A stretch of DNA of 64,000 nt from Octopus vulgaris (lineage: Eukaryota). Made by a program: the position numbers and the translations under genes. The notes beneath the pieces were generated by a model. That model saw only the letters and a program-made list of their open reading frames with translations. It searched no databases and had not been told where the DNA came from. The stretch covers positions 5,642,001 to 5,706,000 of the forward strand of contig OX597827.1 of the NCBI GenBank assembly GCA_951406725.2, in the 5' to 3' direction. Below are positions 52,590-64,000 of the stretch, in pieces. How positions within the stretch are numbered: the first letter of the stretch is position 1; every line of letters begins with the position of its first letter.

Positions 52590-52855
52590 TACGTTTAAAT
52601 ATTTGTTGTGCAAGATTTTTTTATGTGAAATCGTGTGTTGGAACAGATATTGTTATATTTAGGAATGGTCATTTTGCCAGTTTAGCCAATAAAAACACAC
52701 GCACTATATATTTGGTGTTACTTTGCTTCAGTGTTATTTATTTTTTACATTAATCTTAATCTTATTTCAGCCAGGGTTCTTTCGTCACACTCCTGTGACC
52801 TCATCAGTGGTCCTTTGCTTTCTTCTTTCTTATTTGTGTCTCTCCTTACTAACCG
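52590..52855 (-). mobile_element. Non-coding repeat with hammerhead-like motif (52771-52810)
   Basis: Minus strand: CCA-CTGATGA-G-GTCAC aggagt GTGAC-GAAA-GAACCC-TGG. Its end also occurs inverted at 7141-7172. Confidence 0.6.
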
Positions 52856-52860
52856 TCATT

Positions 52861-52900
<40 letters not shown>

Positions 52901-53254
52901 CTGTTGTAATATCCGTTTTTCCATGTTTGCATGGGTTTATCTTTTACTTGGTTTCAGTCATTAGACTTCGGCCATGCTGGAGCACTGCCTTGAAGAATCT
53001 TGAAGTAAAATGAATCATCCCCAATATTTTTTTTTCTTTTTCAAGCCTGGTACTTATACTATCGATCTCTTTTGTTGAATTGCTAGGTTACATGGTCGTA
53101 AACACACCAACACAGGTTGTCAAGTGGTGGCAGGAGACAAATGCAGACACAAAAACACACATATGGAGTCAAGGCAAAGAGACATAAAACACACTAACAC
53201 ACACACATACACACACACACACACACGCACAAACACACACATGTACAAAGGCTT

Positions 53255-53988
53255 CTGGTGGAATTCTGCTTTATTCCACACAGCATATAAACCCTCATAA
53301 GTTTTTTTTATTTTGGGGAATTTTTAGAAATTTTTTGTGAATTTGTGCTCTACACATAGGAGATCATACAACTATGCAAAAATGAAAAAACATTTTTTGA
53401 GTGATTTAACCCTTTAGTGTTCACATTATTCTGCCAAAATTAATGCTTTTTTATCCACATTGTTTTGAATTAATCATGCATTCTCTTGTAGCTAGGAGAT
53501 TTTGATGAGGTAGCTGTTCATTTTTAAGATGATATTGTAGGGTTGGTGTGAGAGACCAGATCTAGCCAGTTTGAACATAAAACAGGCAGAATACTTTTGG
53601 CCGGATATGGCCGGTTTAAATGCTAAAGTGTTAAAGGATATTTAGCTGTTATTTTTAGCACATCTCACAACCACTTCATACTATCTTCATTTGTTACTCT
53701 GATGTATTGATGTTTTTCGATATCTTTCGTCCCATAAGCACATTTAATAGTCTTTTGCTAGGATTTAAGCCAAGAATTCAAACTGTATTTTAAACTGTAT
53801 TTTAAAAAAAAGAAAGCTCTAAGAATTAAAGAAATTTTTTTTTTAATTTCAAAAAACTGAAAAAAACTTGTTTGCATAGTCATATGATTTCCTGGGTGTA
53901 GAATACAAATTTGCAAGAATTTTCTGAAAATTCAAAAAAATAAAGTTATGAGGGGTTATATGCAGTGCATAAAGCAGAATTCAACCAG
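53255..53988. mobile_element. Long-TIR MITE with 4-bp TSD (GCTT) inserted in SINE A and hosting a TTAA MITE (53410-53630)
   Basis: gctt|CTGGTGGAATTCTGCTTTAT...ATAAAGCAGAATTCAACCAG|gctt; imperfect inverted arms ~140 bp. Internal TTAA|CCCTTTAG...CTAAAGTG|TTAA. Confidence 0.82.
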
Positions 53989-55194
53989 GCTTCTTTCAGT
54001 TTTCGCCTACCAAATCCACTCTCAAAATTTTGGTCAGCTTAGCGCTATAGCAGAAGACATTTGCCAAAAGTGCCACACTGTGGAACTGAACCTGAAACCA
54101 TATGGCTACGAAGCAAACTTCTTGCTACACAACCATGCTTGTGTATATCTGTTATAAACCTTTTTTTTTCTCATGACATATTTTCAGTCAAACGGAAGGA
54201 GGGATACAGTTCTTTACAAAATGTCTTGCTAGAAATAGCAGCCAAATCTCTCCCTGATATCGAACTCCACCACTACTACCACTATTGCTACCTCTGCCAC
54301 TACTACTATTCCTGCCATCACCAACACCACCACCACTAAAATTGTCGTCATAACCATCATCATCAGCAATAGCAACAGCAGCACAACCACCACGACCACC
54401 ACCGTTGTCACTACCACCACACCACAGTACTAACACTATCACCCTCTTCCTCCTCCTCCTCCTCCTCGTCATCAGCTGCAGCAGCAGCAGCAGCAGTAGC
54501 CAGAACAGTGGGAGAGTGATGGTTGGTGCAATACTGGGTTCAATACAATCAATTACACCAAATTTTCCAAAATGTGTGACCTCGACCAGAGCTAAGAATC
54601 AATATTTTAATTAGTCCGGTTAATCACAGCAGCCCTGTAGTATTGTTATTGTTGTTGTTGTTGTTGTTGTTGTTTAGGTCCAGGTCAGCTCTGATTGAAC
54701 ACGTCTATGATCAAAGATTCTCCATCTACGACCATCGCATCATTTTGGAAACCAGGGTCTACTTTGTTAAATATCTCTATCTTCATTTAAGGCAGTAATG
54801 AGAAAGAGAGAGAGAGTGAGAGATTTTAGCTGCTATTTCTAGCCAGCCAAATCGTCCCCATAGACATTCCTTTATTAGCTTCATAATGTAACCCTTTTAC
54901 TCCTGATGCTTGTAGCAACAATTTCATTCCATTTCCATGGCTAATTTCTTTGGAAAACTCATGAACATTACCACTTGACATTTCTCACACCTATTAATAT
55001 GTAGCTTTGTGTCCATCTAAGACATTTGTAATTAGAAAAGTTTGTCTAATTTTGTATCTTTCATTGTTCATTAAAACCTGTGAAGTGATTTCATTACTGA
55101 CATGTTGTCGTATATAGTTCGTTAGAGAGGATTCTAAAAAGTTTAGAACTTCCAAAATGTGTGTGTGTGTGTGTCTTATGTGTGTTTTGTGCAT

Positions 55195-55745
55195 GTATCT
55201 TTGTGTCTATATTTGTCCCCGCCCCACTATCGTTTGACAACAAATGTTGGTGTGTTTACATCCCTATAACTTAGTGGTTCAGCAAAAGAGACCAAGAGTA
55301 TAAGTACTAGGCTTACAAAGAATAAGTCATGGGGTCGATTTCTTAGACTACAAAACCCTTAAAGGTGGTGTTCCAGCAGTCAAATGTCTGAAACAAGTAA
55401 AAGACTAGAAGAATAAAGTACTGGATGCAATTTGGTTAACTAAAACCCTTGAGGGTAGTGCCCCAGCATGGCCATAGCCCAATGAACTAAAACAAGAAAA
55501 AGATAGAAAGATAAATGAATTCATCATCATCGTTTCACGTCCGTTTTCCATGCTAGCATGGTTTGGCCGGGGTCTGGGAAACCAGTAGGCTGCACCAGGC
55601 TCCACTCTGATCTGGCAGTGTTTCTACAGCTGGATGCCCTTTCTAACGCCAACCACTCCGTGAGTGTAGTGGGTGCTTTTTACGTGCCACCAGCACAGGT
55701 GTTAGGGAAGGCTGGCAACTGCCACGATCGGTTGGTGGCTTTTTT
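55195..55745. mobile_element. Two SINE A 3' halves (+) and an RTE 3' UTR fragment (-)
   Basis: Family A tails at 55195-55403 and 55410-55500; RTE terminal motif at 55521-55745. Confidence 0.75.
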
Positions 55746-55779
55746 TTTATGGAAAAAAAAAAAGAAACCCCACTTGTTG

Positions 55780-56290
55780 GTAATGAAGTGTGGGGTCAGA
55801 AGGCAGAGGACTATAGAAGGAGGTATCTTGAAGTTGGTGGAGCACCACAATCCTGCTGAAGTTAAGTACATCACACAACTACAGTCCCACCTGTTGTCAG
55901 CTGGTTTAATGAGATCCTCATGACATTGGAAGCAACAGAGAACAGAGATTTTTTGAAGATGTTTAGGGAAAGGTCGACAAATGGATGGAGGCAAGTGATA
56001 GGAAACGTGGTGAGGTAATGGTTGAGAGGGAAGTGAAGATGGAGAAGGAAAGATTTATGGTCAGGCATGTTGGTGGAGCAAGTAGGGAGTGAGGGGTTGT
56101 TAGTAAAGTTTGTGAAGTAACGGTGTGGTAAAATCAGTGCACAGTAAGATCCGAGAAGGTTGTAATCCAAGTAGAGTTCCAGTGGTAAGATGGTCCTCAA
56201 GTGGTTGTGATAATCCAAAGAGGGGCTGAGGGTAGTTCGAGAGAGGAAGATGCTCAGTCCAGGCAGAATCACATTGGAGTGATCCCATGA
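55780..56290 (-). pseudogene. Degenerate Penelope-like RT N-terminal region
   Basis: EDLIKPADN / GGTVVV across a frameshift matches the PLE motif I.IKPADKGG.VVV. Confidence 0.6.
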
Positions 56291-56314
56291 GAGCATATTA
56301 TATTTTATGCAAAA

Positions 56315-56614
56315 CTAGCAGTATCGCCCGGCGTTGCTCGGCTTTGTAAGGGAAATAACTATATAAGCATTTTTAGAGAGTTACTTCCCTTATATAATAG
56401 CAAAAAATGCATTAAAAATGGAAAAAATTATAGTAAATTTTTTTTTAAATCGTAGACTCATTGTAGACGTGCGCTAATACCCAGAAGGGCTCGATATGAA
56501 TCACGACTATAAGATATCCGCTTTTGGTTAAACTGCACCGCAAAATGTGGGAGTAGTTAGGAATCTAAATCATAGGAGACAGACAGCACACAACTTTTCT
56601 TTTATATATATAGA
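56315..56614 (-). mobile_element. Non-autonomous Helitron
   Basis: Minus strand 5' A|TCTATATATATAAAA; 3' GCCGAGCAACGCCGGGC hairpin then GATACTG-CTAG|T. Confidence 0.85.
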
Positions 56615-57242
56615 TTTATTAAATAACATGAAGACAAGGTAAAATAAAACCAAAAAAAAAACCAAGAAAAACACAATGTGTTAGGTGTATACTCAAGAAA
56701 AAGTAGAAGGAACAATTTTTCGTGTTTCAAGCATATGCTCTTGTGCAGAAATAAACAGATGAAGAGAGAAAAAAAAAAACGAGAGAAAAGAACAAACATG
56801 TCTCTATTAGATCGTCATAGCATACTGAAATGATTGCTAGAGGTATAAGCTGCAAGGGAGACAACTGTGAACTTGGCATATGTGTGTGTGTGAGCATGGA
56901 CATGAATATATAAAGCTGATGTGTGTGTGTGTATTCTCTGTGTGTTTATGCATGCGTATAAGCTAGTGCATGCATCTATGTTTTCTCTTTATATGTGCTT
57001 GTGTATGATGCTATCCAATGTGTGTGTGTGTGTGTGTGTGTGTGCATAGTCACACCTATATATGAAGCTATTGCATGACTGTATACTTTGTGTGTTTGAC
57101 TGTACAAGGGGCTTCTTCCATTTGCCATCTATCAAATCTACTCACAAAGCTTTGGGTGGTATGAACATGCACCTAGTAAATTACTAGAAAGTAAGACATA
57201 AGATGTTGTGGGACTTTAACATTTAGCCTGACAGAGTAATAG

Positions 57243-57452
57243 GGGCTAAACACAGAGAGGACACACAAGGACAGACAAACGGATTAAGTCGATTACATCG
57301 ACCACAGTGCGTAACTGGTACTTATTTACTCGACCCCGAAAGGATGAAAGGCAAAGTCGACCTCGGTGGAATTTGAACTCAGAACGTAGCAGCAGACGAA
57401 ATATCGCTAAGCATTTCACCCGGTGCGCTACTGATTCTGCCAGTTCGCCGCC
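57243..57452 (-). mobile_element. SINE family B
   Basis: Head GGCGGCGAACTGGCAGAATC...GAGTTCAAATTCC. A near-identical copy lies at 58030-58250. Confidence 0.85.
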
Positions 57453-58440
57453 TAAGAAAGAGGAGGAGGAGGAGGGGCGGAGGAGGAGGAGGAGACCAAT
57501 AACAACAACAGCAGGTGTAGCAGCAACAACAAAAAGCGAAGTAGAAGAAAAAAGAAGAGGAAGTGGAAGAAGAGGAGAGGAAAAACGAAGTGATGAAGTA
57601 AAAGACAGAAAGAGGGAAAGAGAAAAGGAGAGAGAGAAAAAAGGAGACAGGAAAAAAAAAGAAAGAAAAGGAAACGATGTTAGGATGGAAAGCAGAAATA
57701 AATGAATAAAATAAATGGAAGTCGATGACAGGAAAAGAGTAGAAGATAAAGACGACGACGACGACAAAAAGAGGTTAAGGAAAAACACCGACAGAAGTAA
57801 AACAACTTTTCTTTATAAAGGAAGATGAAAGGAAATAATAGAAAGATGGAAGATGGAAAACGTAGAAAATGTAAAGAAGAAGAAGGAGATGAAAAATTGA
57901 GCGGAGAAAACAATAATTTCTGTGAGATAAATTGTGATAAGAGAATTTAAGTGAAATCCTGAGACGGTGCAAGGGACTTAACTCGTGTAAGATGAATTTG
58001 TTGAAGCTACATAGAGTGCTCAATAAAGGTTTCTTTACTACCCAAACACAGAGGGGACAAACAAGGACAGATAAACGGATTAAGACGATTACATCGACCC
58101 CAGTGCATAACTGGTACTTAATTTATCGACCCCCGAATGGATGAAAGGCAAAGTTGACCTCGGCGGAATTTGAACTCAGAACGTAGCAGCAGACGAAATA
58201 CTGCTACGCATTTCGTCCGGCGTGCTAACGGTTCTGCCAGCTCGCCGCCTTAATAGTGCTAAATATAGGTAGTAATCTTAAAATAGAATACCGGACCTTT
58301 TTATCCGGCTTCCAGAAACCCGAGAATACTGTGTAATAGCAAATAATATATTGCATCCCTGTATTGAGTAAACAGAACCTGTTTTTAAAATTTGGTCATT
58401 TTGCATACGTTATGTTAAAAATAGTTTTGTTAACTTATAA

Positions 58441-58673
58441 GCCTCCTCCAGCCTTTTTCAGGTGTCTTGGGGAAATTTCGTACCTGGGTTCTCATTCCTG
58501 ACGTATTTTTCGATGTTGTTGTTGTTATTATTATTATTGTTGTTATTGTTGTTGTTAGTGTTCAGGTCACTGCTTGGAATCGAACTCGGAATCTTGGGGT
58601 TAGTAGCCCGCGCTCTTAACCACTACACCATATGCCCACGGGCATATGTCGTAGTGACCTGAACAACAACAAC

Positions 58674-58723
<50 letters not shown>

Positions 58724-58853
58724 CAACATCGAAAAATACCTTAGGAATGAGAACCCAGGTTCGAAATTTCCCCCTCGAAGGCCGAAACGTTGTGTTAACA
58801 AACAAGATGAGGACAAATATCCGTCGAATATAAATAATGTAAATAATGTAAAT
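58441..58853. mobile_element. Head-to-head dimer of a tRNA-headed SINE with (AAC/AAT)n body and hammerhead-like tail
   Basis: Minus copy 58637-58441: GGGCATATGGTGTAGTGGTTAAGAGCGCGGGCTACTAACCCCAAGATTCCGAGTTCGATTCC...GACAC-CTGAAAA-AGGCTG. Plus copy 58640-58853 has a deleted head and ...GCC-GAAACGTT-GTGTT. Confidence 0.75.
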
Positions 58854-59289
58854 GAAGTTTAAATGACACTAAGACCCCAACAAACGCCCATAAATTAAAT
58901 GCATCTATCTGGGCCACAATCATGGCCCTGTCGACCTGTGACTCACGGCCACGATCGTGGCCCGTCGCGCTTCATGTGAAAAGTACCTAACTTATACGTC
59001 CTCATTTCTAACACAACAGGTGATAGTTTAAATGAGATTTACTGCTATTTCTAACAGGTTGAGTGACTTCCAAATGGTTCCACTATAATCAGCTCATTTG
59101 TGACAGTATTTTTGATACACATTATACAGAATAGATGTCAGCTGTGGAAACTGCAATTTCCCAACATCAGAATCCTAGCAGATCCGAGACGGTTAGCAGA
59201 GATCAAGGGAAGCTACTCGTCTTCTTCTAAAGCCAAAAATATCTAAATTCTAATACCAACCACCATCATCCTTCTGATCCTGCTCTGCG

Positions 59290-59378
59290 TAGTCGCCGTC
59301 GTCATCGTCGTCATCATCATCACAATCATCGTCGTCATCATCATCACAATCATCGTCATCATCGTCATCATCATCACT

Positions 59379-59415
<37 letters not shown>

Positions 59416-59469
59416 CTATCATCATCATCATCATCATCATCGTCGTCGTCGTCGTCATCATCATCATCG

Positions 59470-59511
<42 letters not shown>

Positions 59512-59577
59512 CTATCATCATCATCATCATCATCATCATCGTCGTCGTCGTCGTCATCATCATCATCGTCATCATCG

Positions 59578-59645
<68 letters not shown>

Positions 59646-59812
59646 GTCGTCGTCGTCATCATCGTCATTATTATCATCATCATCATCACTATCATCATCA
59701 TTATCATCATCATCATCATCATCGTCGTCGTCGTCATCATCGTCATCATCATCGTGATCGTCATTATCAGCATATTCCTAATCGTTATCACCATCATCAT
59801 CATCATCATCAT
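59290..59812. repeat. Expanded (CAT)/(CGT) array continuous with the tail of an old RTE-type 3' fragment (59812-60030, minus)
   Basis: The array runs into ATTTAACGTT...CATGCTTGC...GGATGCCTTCCCTG. Confidence 0.85.
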
Positions 59813-60509
59813 TTAACGTTTACTTTTTCATGCTTGCGTGGGTCAGACGAGATTTGTTGATTCAGAATTTCTGTCCGGATGCCTTCCCTGTCACTGCCAA
59901 TCATCACCTTTTTTTTTATAAGCAAGGTAATATTCCCCCATGACCAGACATGTTTCTTTCACAGAAACCTGGGAAAGAATAACCTCACATGTATTACGAT
60001 GATGCACATTTACAAACATCACATGACAAGTGTACACACACACACACACACACACACAAACAACCTCAGGTCTTGTTTTTTAAGTCTAGTACTTATTCTT
60101 TTGATCTCTTTTGCTGAACCACTAAGTTGTGGGGATGTAAACAAAACAGCACAAATTATCAAGCGGAGGTTGGGACACACACACACACTCACACACACTC
60201 ACACACATGCATGATAGGCTTGTTTCAGTTTCTACCTATCAAATCCATTCCCAAGGTATTAGTTGGCCCAGAGCTATAGAAGAAGATAACTCTTGCTAAA
60301 AGATGCCAAGTAGTAGGATTGAACCTAAGACCTCATGATTGGGAACTAGGCTTCTTAACCATACAGCCGTGCCTGTGACATTTGATAAAGGAACATCTTT
60401 CAATAGAAATAAAGTTTACAAGAGAGAGATAATTGTTCATCATATGAAGTAAATATCCAAAGACAATGTTGAATAGGAAATACAAATGTCCAGGATCTCA
60501 TATATTGGT

Positions 60510-61015
60510 GCAGGTATGGCTGTGTGGTAAGTAGCTTGCTAACCAACCACATGGTTCTGGGTTCAGTCCCACTGCGTGGCATCTTGGGCAAGTGTCTTCA
60601 GAAGGTTGCACCAGGCCCAGTCTGATCTGGGAATGTTTCTACGGCTGGATGCCCTTCCTAACGCCAACCACTCCGTGAGTGTAGTGGGTGCTTTTTACCT
60701 GCCACCGGCACAGGTGCCAGGTGAGGCTGGCAAACGGCCACGATGGGATGGTGCTTTTTACGTGCCACCGGCATGGAAGCCAGGCGAGGCTGGCAACGGC
60801 CACGATCAGATGGTGCTTTTTACGTGCCACTGGCACAAGGCCAGTCGGGGCGGCACAAGGCCAGTCGGGGCGGCACAAGGCCAGTCGGGGCGGCACAAGG
60901 CCAGTCGGGGCGGCACAAGGCCAGTCGGGGCACTGGCAACGGCCATGTTCGGATGGTTCTCTTACGTACCATCGGCACTGGTATCGCAGCTGCAATTTCC
61001 ATTGATGTTGATCGA
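60510..61015. mobile_element. SINE A head (+, 60510-60598) abutting an RTE 3' UTR fragment (-) with 5 x 20-bp sub-repeat
   Basis: GGCACAAGGCCAGTCGGGGC repeated at 60832-60931. Confidence 0.82.
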
Positions 61016-61050
61016 TTTTATCTATCTATCTATCTATTTATCTATCTATC

Positions 61051-61091
<41 letters not shown>

Positions 61092-61346
61092 GAAATTTTA
61101 CTTAACAAGAAAATTCTAATACCACAACAAATTGTTTCATAACTTAAAAGCATGTAAACAATCTATATTATTATATTTAACAGTAAATAAATTACTTACA
61201 TGTCTGAATTGTATTATACTATATATATTCTATATGTTTTGTTGAATGATATATTAAGGAACTTGCTTTATGAACACTACCAGATTACTTGAATCCATAT
61301 ATTGTAACTTAAACATATATATATATATAAACATACATATATATAC

Positions 61347-61395
<49 letters not shown>

Positions 61396-61637
61396 TACAT
61401 ATATATATATATTTATATATATATATATAAACATATATATACTTTTTATTTATTTATTATTATTATTTTTTGTTTCTCTCATCACTTTACATATGAGAGT
61501 TGAGCATGACAGCTGCACCAAAGGCAGCAGAGATGGACTGCACCTGTTTATTTAATGGTTTGCTCTATGCTCTATTTTCCTGTTGCCACTAGACTTATGA
61601 AGAAATTATGATGGTATTGGTGCTTGTGTCTCTCTCT

Positions 61638-61905
61638 CTTTTACTCTTTTACTTATTTCAGTCATTTGACTGCGGCCATGCTGGAGCACCGCCTTTAGTC
61701 GAGCAAATCGCCCCCGGGACTTATTCTTTTGTAAGCCCAGTACTTATTCTATCAGTCTCTTTTGCCGAACCGCTAAGTGATAGGGACGTAAACAGACCAG
61801 CATCGGTTGTCAAGCAATGCTAGGGGGACAAACACAGACACACAAACACACACACATATATATACATATATACGACAGGCTTCTTTCAGTTTCCGTCTGC
61901 CAAAT
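61638..61905 (-). mobile_element. SINE family A, 5'-truncated
   Basis: Family A tail and internal region. Confidence 0.85.
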
Positions 61906-62422
61906 CACAGATTCTCGAGAGAATCTGTGCTTATGTCTATTACAAAGTGTTAAGATATCATCCCTTGGCTTAAGACTAATTACCTTGAAGATAATTCTGT
62001 GTGAACTCAGGATGGAGCACCTGCTTATGCAGCAAAGAAAGTGGAAATATTTTGCAAGGACAATTTTACTGTTTTTCAGCCCTCTGATTTCTGGCCCTCC
62101 TCCAACCCAGATTTGAATCTGCTGGACTATTCTATTTGGGGCACTTTAGAGCATTCTACCAACAGAACATCTCATCCTAGCACTGAACACCTCAAGCAGG
62201 TTTTGAAGGAATAATGGGCCAAATTGTTTGAACATTTTATCGTAAAGGGCTGTGAAGCTTTCAGTTGCTGTATCCAATTAGTGATAGAAAATAATGGTGA
62301 ATCTCTAGTATTGGCAGTAATAACTTATGTATAAATAATTTTGTAATATGTTGACTCTTCCATGTACAATAAAACATTTTCAAATTCTGTTTGGCTTTTC
62401 CAAGATTTGCTTCACTACCCTG
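61906..62422 (+). mobile_element. Tc1/mariner DD37D (maT-type) transposase 3' relic
   Basis: QDGAPAY...FWPSSNPDLNLLDYSIWG has 37 residues between the last two Asp; ends ...ACCCTG|TA. Confidence 0.8.
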
Positions 62423-63124
62423 TACATGTATATGGGGCACTAACATCTTTTAAGTGCTTAAGGCCTCAATGAGTCTTAATCCAACCCTGGCTCGAGCCCA
62501 AGAGTTATCAGGGTGCAGGATGTTTTCATTATCTTCAATGAAATGAAGATTTCTTAGATACTGAAGTAAGCGCTAACACACTTAATATTCTCATTATAAT
62601 AATTTGTATATTAAGGCTATATCTGTGTTGAGAAGAGGCAAACATTTTTTTAAAATATTTAGCAAAAACTGAACAGAGCCAAGAGGGATAACTCAAAATT
62701 AAAAAGTGAAAAAATAATTTCTGAAATGGCTTGACGCACCAGATTGTTTCTAGGGTGAAGACTTATCAGCCAAAGGGTCAATAGGCCATACCTTGTCACC
62801 TGCATAACAGAAGACCCCTTAAAATTTAATCACCATAGGTCATCTAGCTGTAAATAGGTACCATATGGAGTTGTAATTCTGAGCTAAAACCTCTCCCATC
62901 AGCCTGAAAAACACAATGAAGAAACGATTCCACTTTATCCTTTCTTGAATCAATACAAGAAGGGGAAGATTTCTGTGGTGCCTCCACAACCTTAACATTT
63001 ACAAAACATTATTTTTGAAAGCAAATTGTAAACATACGCAAAAAAGGGCACTTATATGTCCCATTCTCTTTTTCGTTTCACCTATAACGTAAAGCTTGGG
63101 AGGAGACAGAATTCTTGTATTTTA

Positions 63125-63762
63125 TTTTTATCTTTTTCTTGTTTCAGTCATTGAACTGTGGCCATGCTGGGGCATTACATTGAAGGGTTTAGTCAAATGA
63201 ATTGACTTCAGTACTTATTTTTTCAAGTCTGGTACTTGTTCTATTTATTTTGTTGAACTGCTAAGTTATGGGGATGTAAACAAACCAAAACCAGTTGTCA
63301 AAGGTAGACACACAGACAGACAGACAGGCAGGCAGACACACACACACACACACACACACATGATAGGCTTCCACACAGTTTCTTATTTCTTTGTTGCCCA
63401 CAAGGGGCTAAACACAGAGAGGACAAACAAGGACAGACAAACGGATTGAGTCGATTACATCGACCCTAGTGCACAACTGGTACTTAATTTATCGACCCTG
63501 AAAGGATGAAAGGCAAAGTCGACCTCGATGGAATTTGAACTCAGAACATAACAGTAGACAAAATACCGCTAAGCATTTCGCCCAGCGTGCTAACATTTCT
63601 GCCAGCTTGCCACTTTCCACACAGTTTCTGTCAACCCATTTCACCCACAAAGTATTGGTCAGCTTTGGGCTATAGTAGAAGACACTTGCCTACGGTGCAA
63701 ATGGAGTGGGACCGAACCCAAGACCATCTGGCTGCAAAGTGAGTTTCTTAATCACGCAACCA
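63125..63762 (-). mobile_element. Old SINE A containing SINE B (63384-63614) with 15-bp TSD
   Basis: TSD TTCCACACAGTTTCT at 63369-63383 and 63615-63629. Confidence 0.85.
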
Positions 63763-63769
63763 TGAGCTA

Positions 63770-64000
63770 ATTACTCTCTTACTCTTTTACTCTTTCACTT
63801 GTTTCAGTCATTTGACTGTGACCATGCTGGAGCACCGCCTTTAGTCGAGCAAATCGACCCCGGGACTTATTCTTTTGTAAGCCCAGTACTTATTCTATCG
63901 GTCTCTTTTGCCGAACCGCTAAGTAACGGGGACGTAAACACACCAGCATCGGTTGTCAAGCAATGCTAGGGGGACAGACACAGACATACAAACACACAGA
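63770..64000 (-). mobile_element. SINE family A 3' part, runs off window
   Basis: Family A tail sequence. Confidence 0.85.

Noticed and set aside
57307-58023. Lys/Arg/Glu-rich ORFs
   Set aside because: SINE antisense sequence plus purine-rich low-complexity DNA.
58565-58637. Genuine tRNA gene
   Set aside because: The acceptor stem does not pair, and the sequence continues into a repeat body; treated as a SINE head. The same applies to 35650-35730.
62860-62905. Possible minus-strand exon after TTTTTCAG acceptor
   Set aside because: Frames close quickly and adjacent sequence resembles an old repeat.

Overview
AT-rich eukaryotic, repeat-dominated DNA with no intact host protein-coding ORF. 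The mix of tRNA-derived SINEs, RTE-clade LINE pieces with (GAT)n tails, mariner relics and dense microsatellites suggests a coleoid cephalopod, probably Octopus; this is an inference, not a database match. Contents: one young 5'-truncated RTE LINE whose RT carries a PHD-like finger and whose 3' UTR has a 63-bp tandem array; several mariner/maT relics; TTAA (piggyBac-type) and other MITEs; a non-autonomous Helitron; R4/Dong, CR1-like and Penelope-like (PLE) relics; at least three SINE families; and possibly a minus-strand terminal exon/3' UTR at 44.3-46.7 kb. The most notable signal is a set of type-I hammerhead-ribozyme-like motifs in short non-coding repeats. One sits in a head-to-head dimer of a tRNA-headed SINE whose tail reconstructs a PLE-type hammerhead (58.4-58.9 kb). 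Another has an inverted partner copy that starts at the predicted self-cleavage site (15.4-16.1 kb). Most long ORFs in the supplied track are microsatellite or repeat artefacts. Coordinates of degenerate repeats are approximate.
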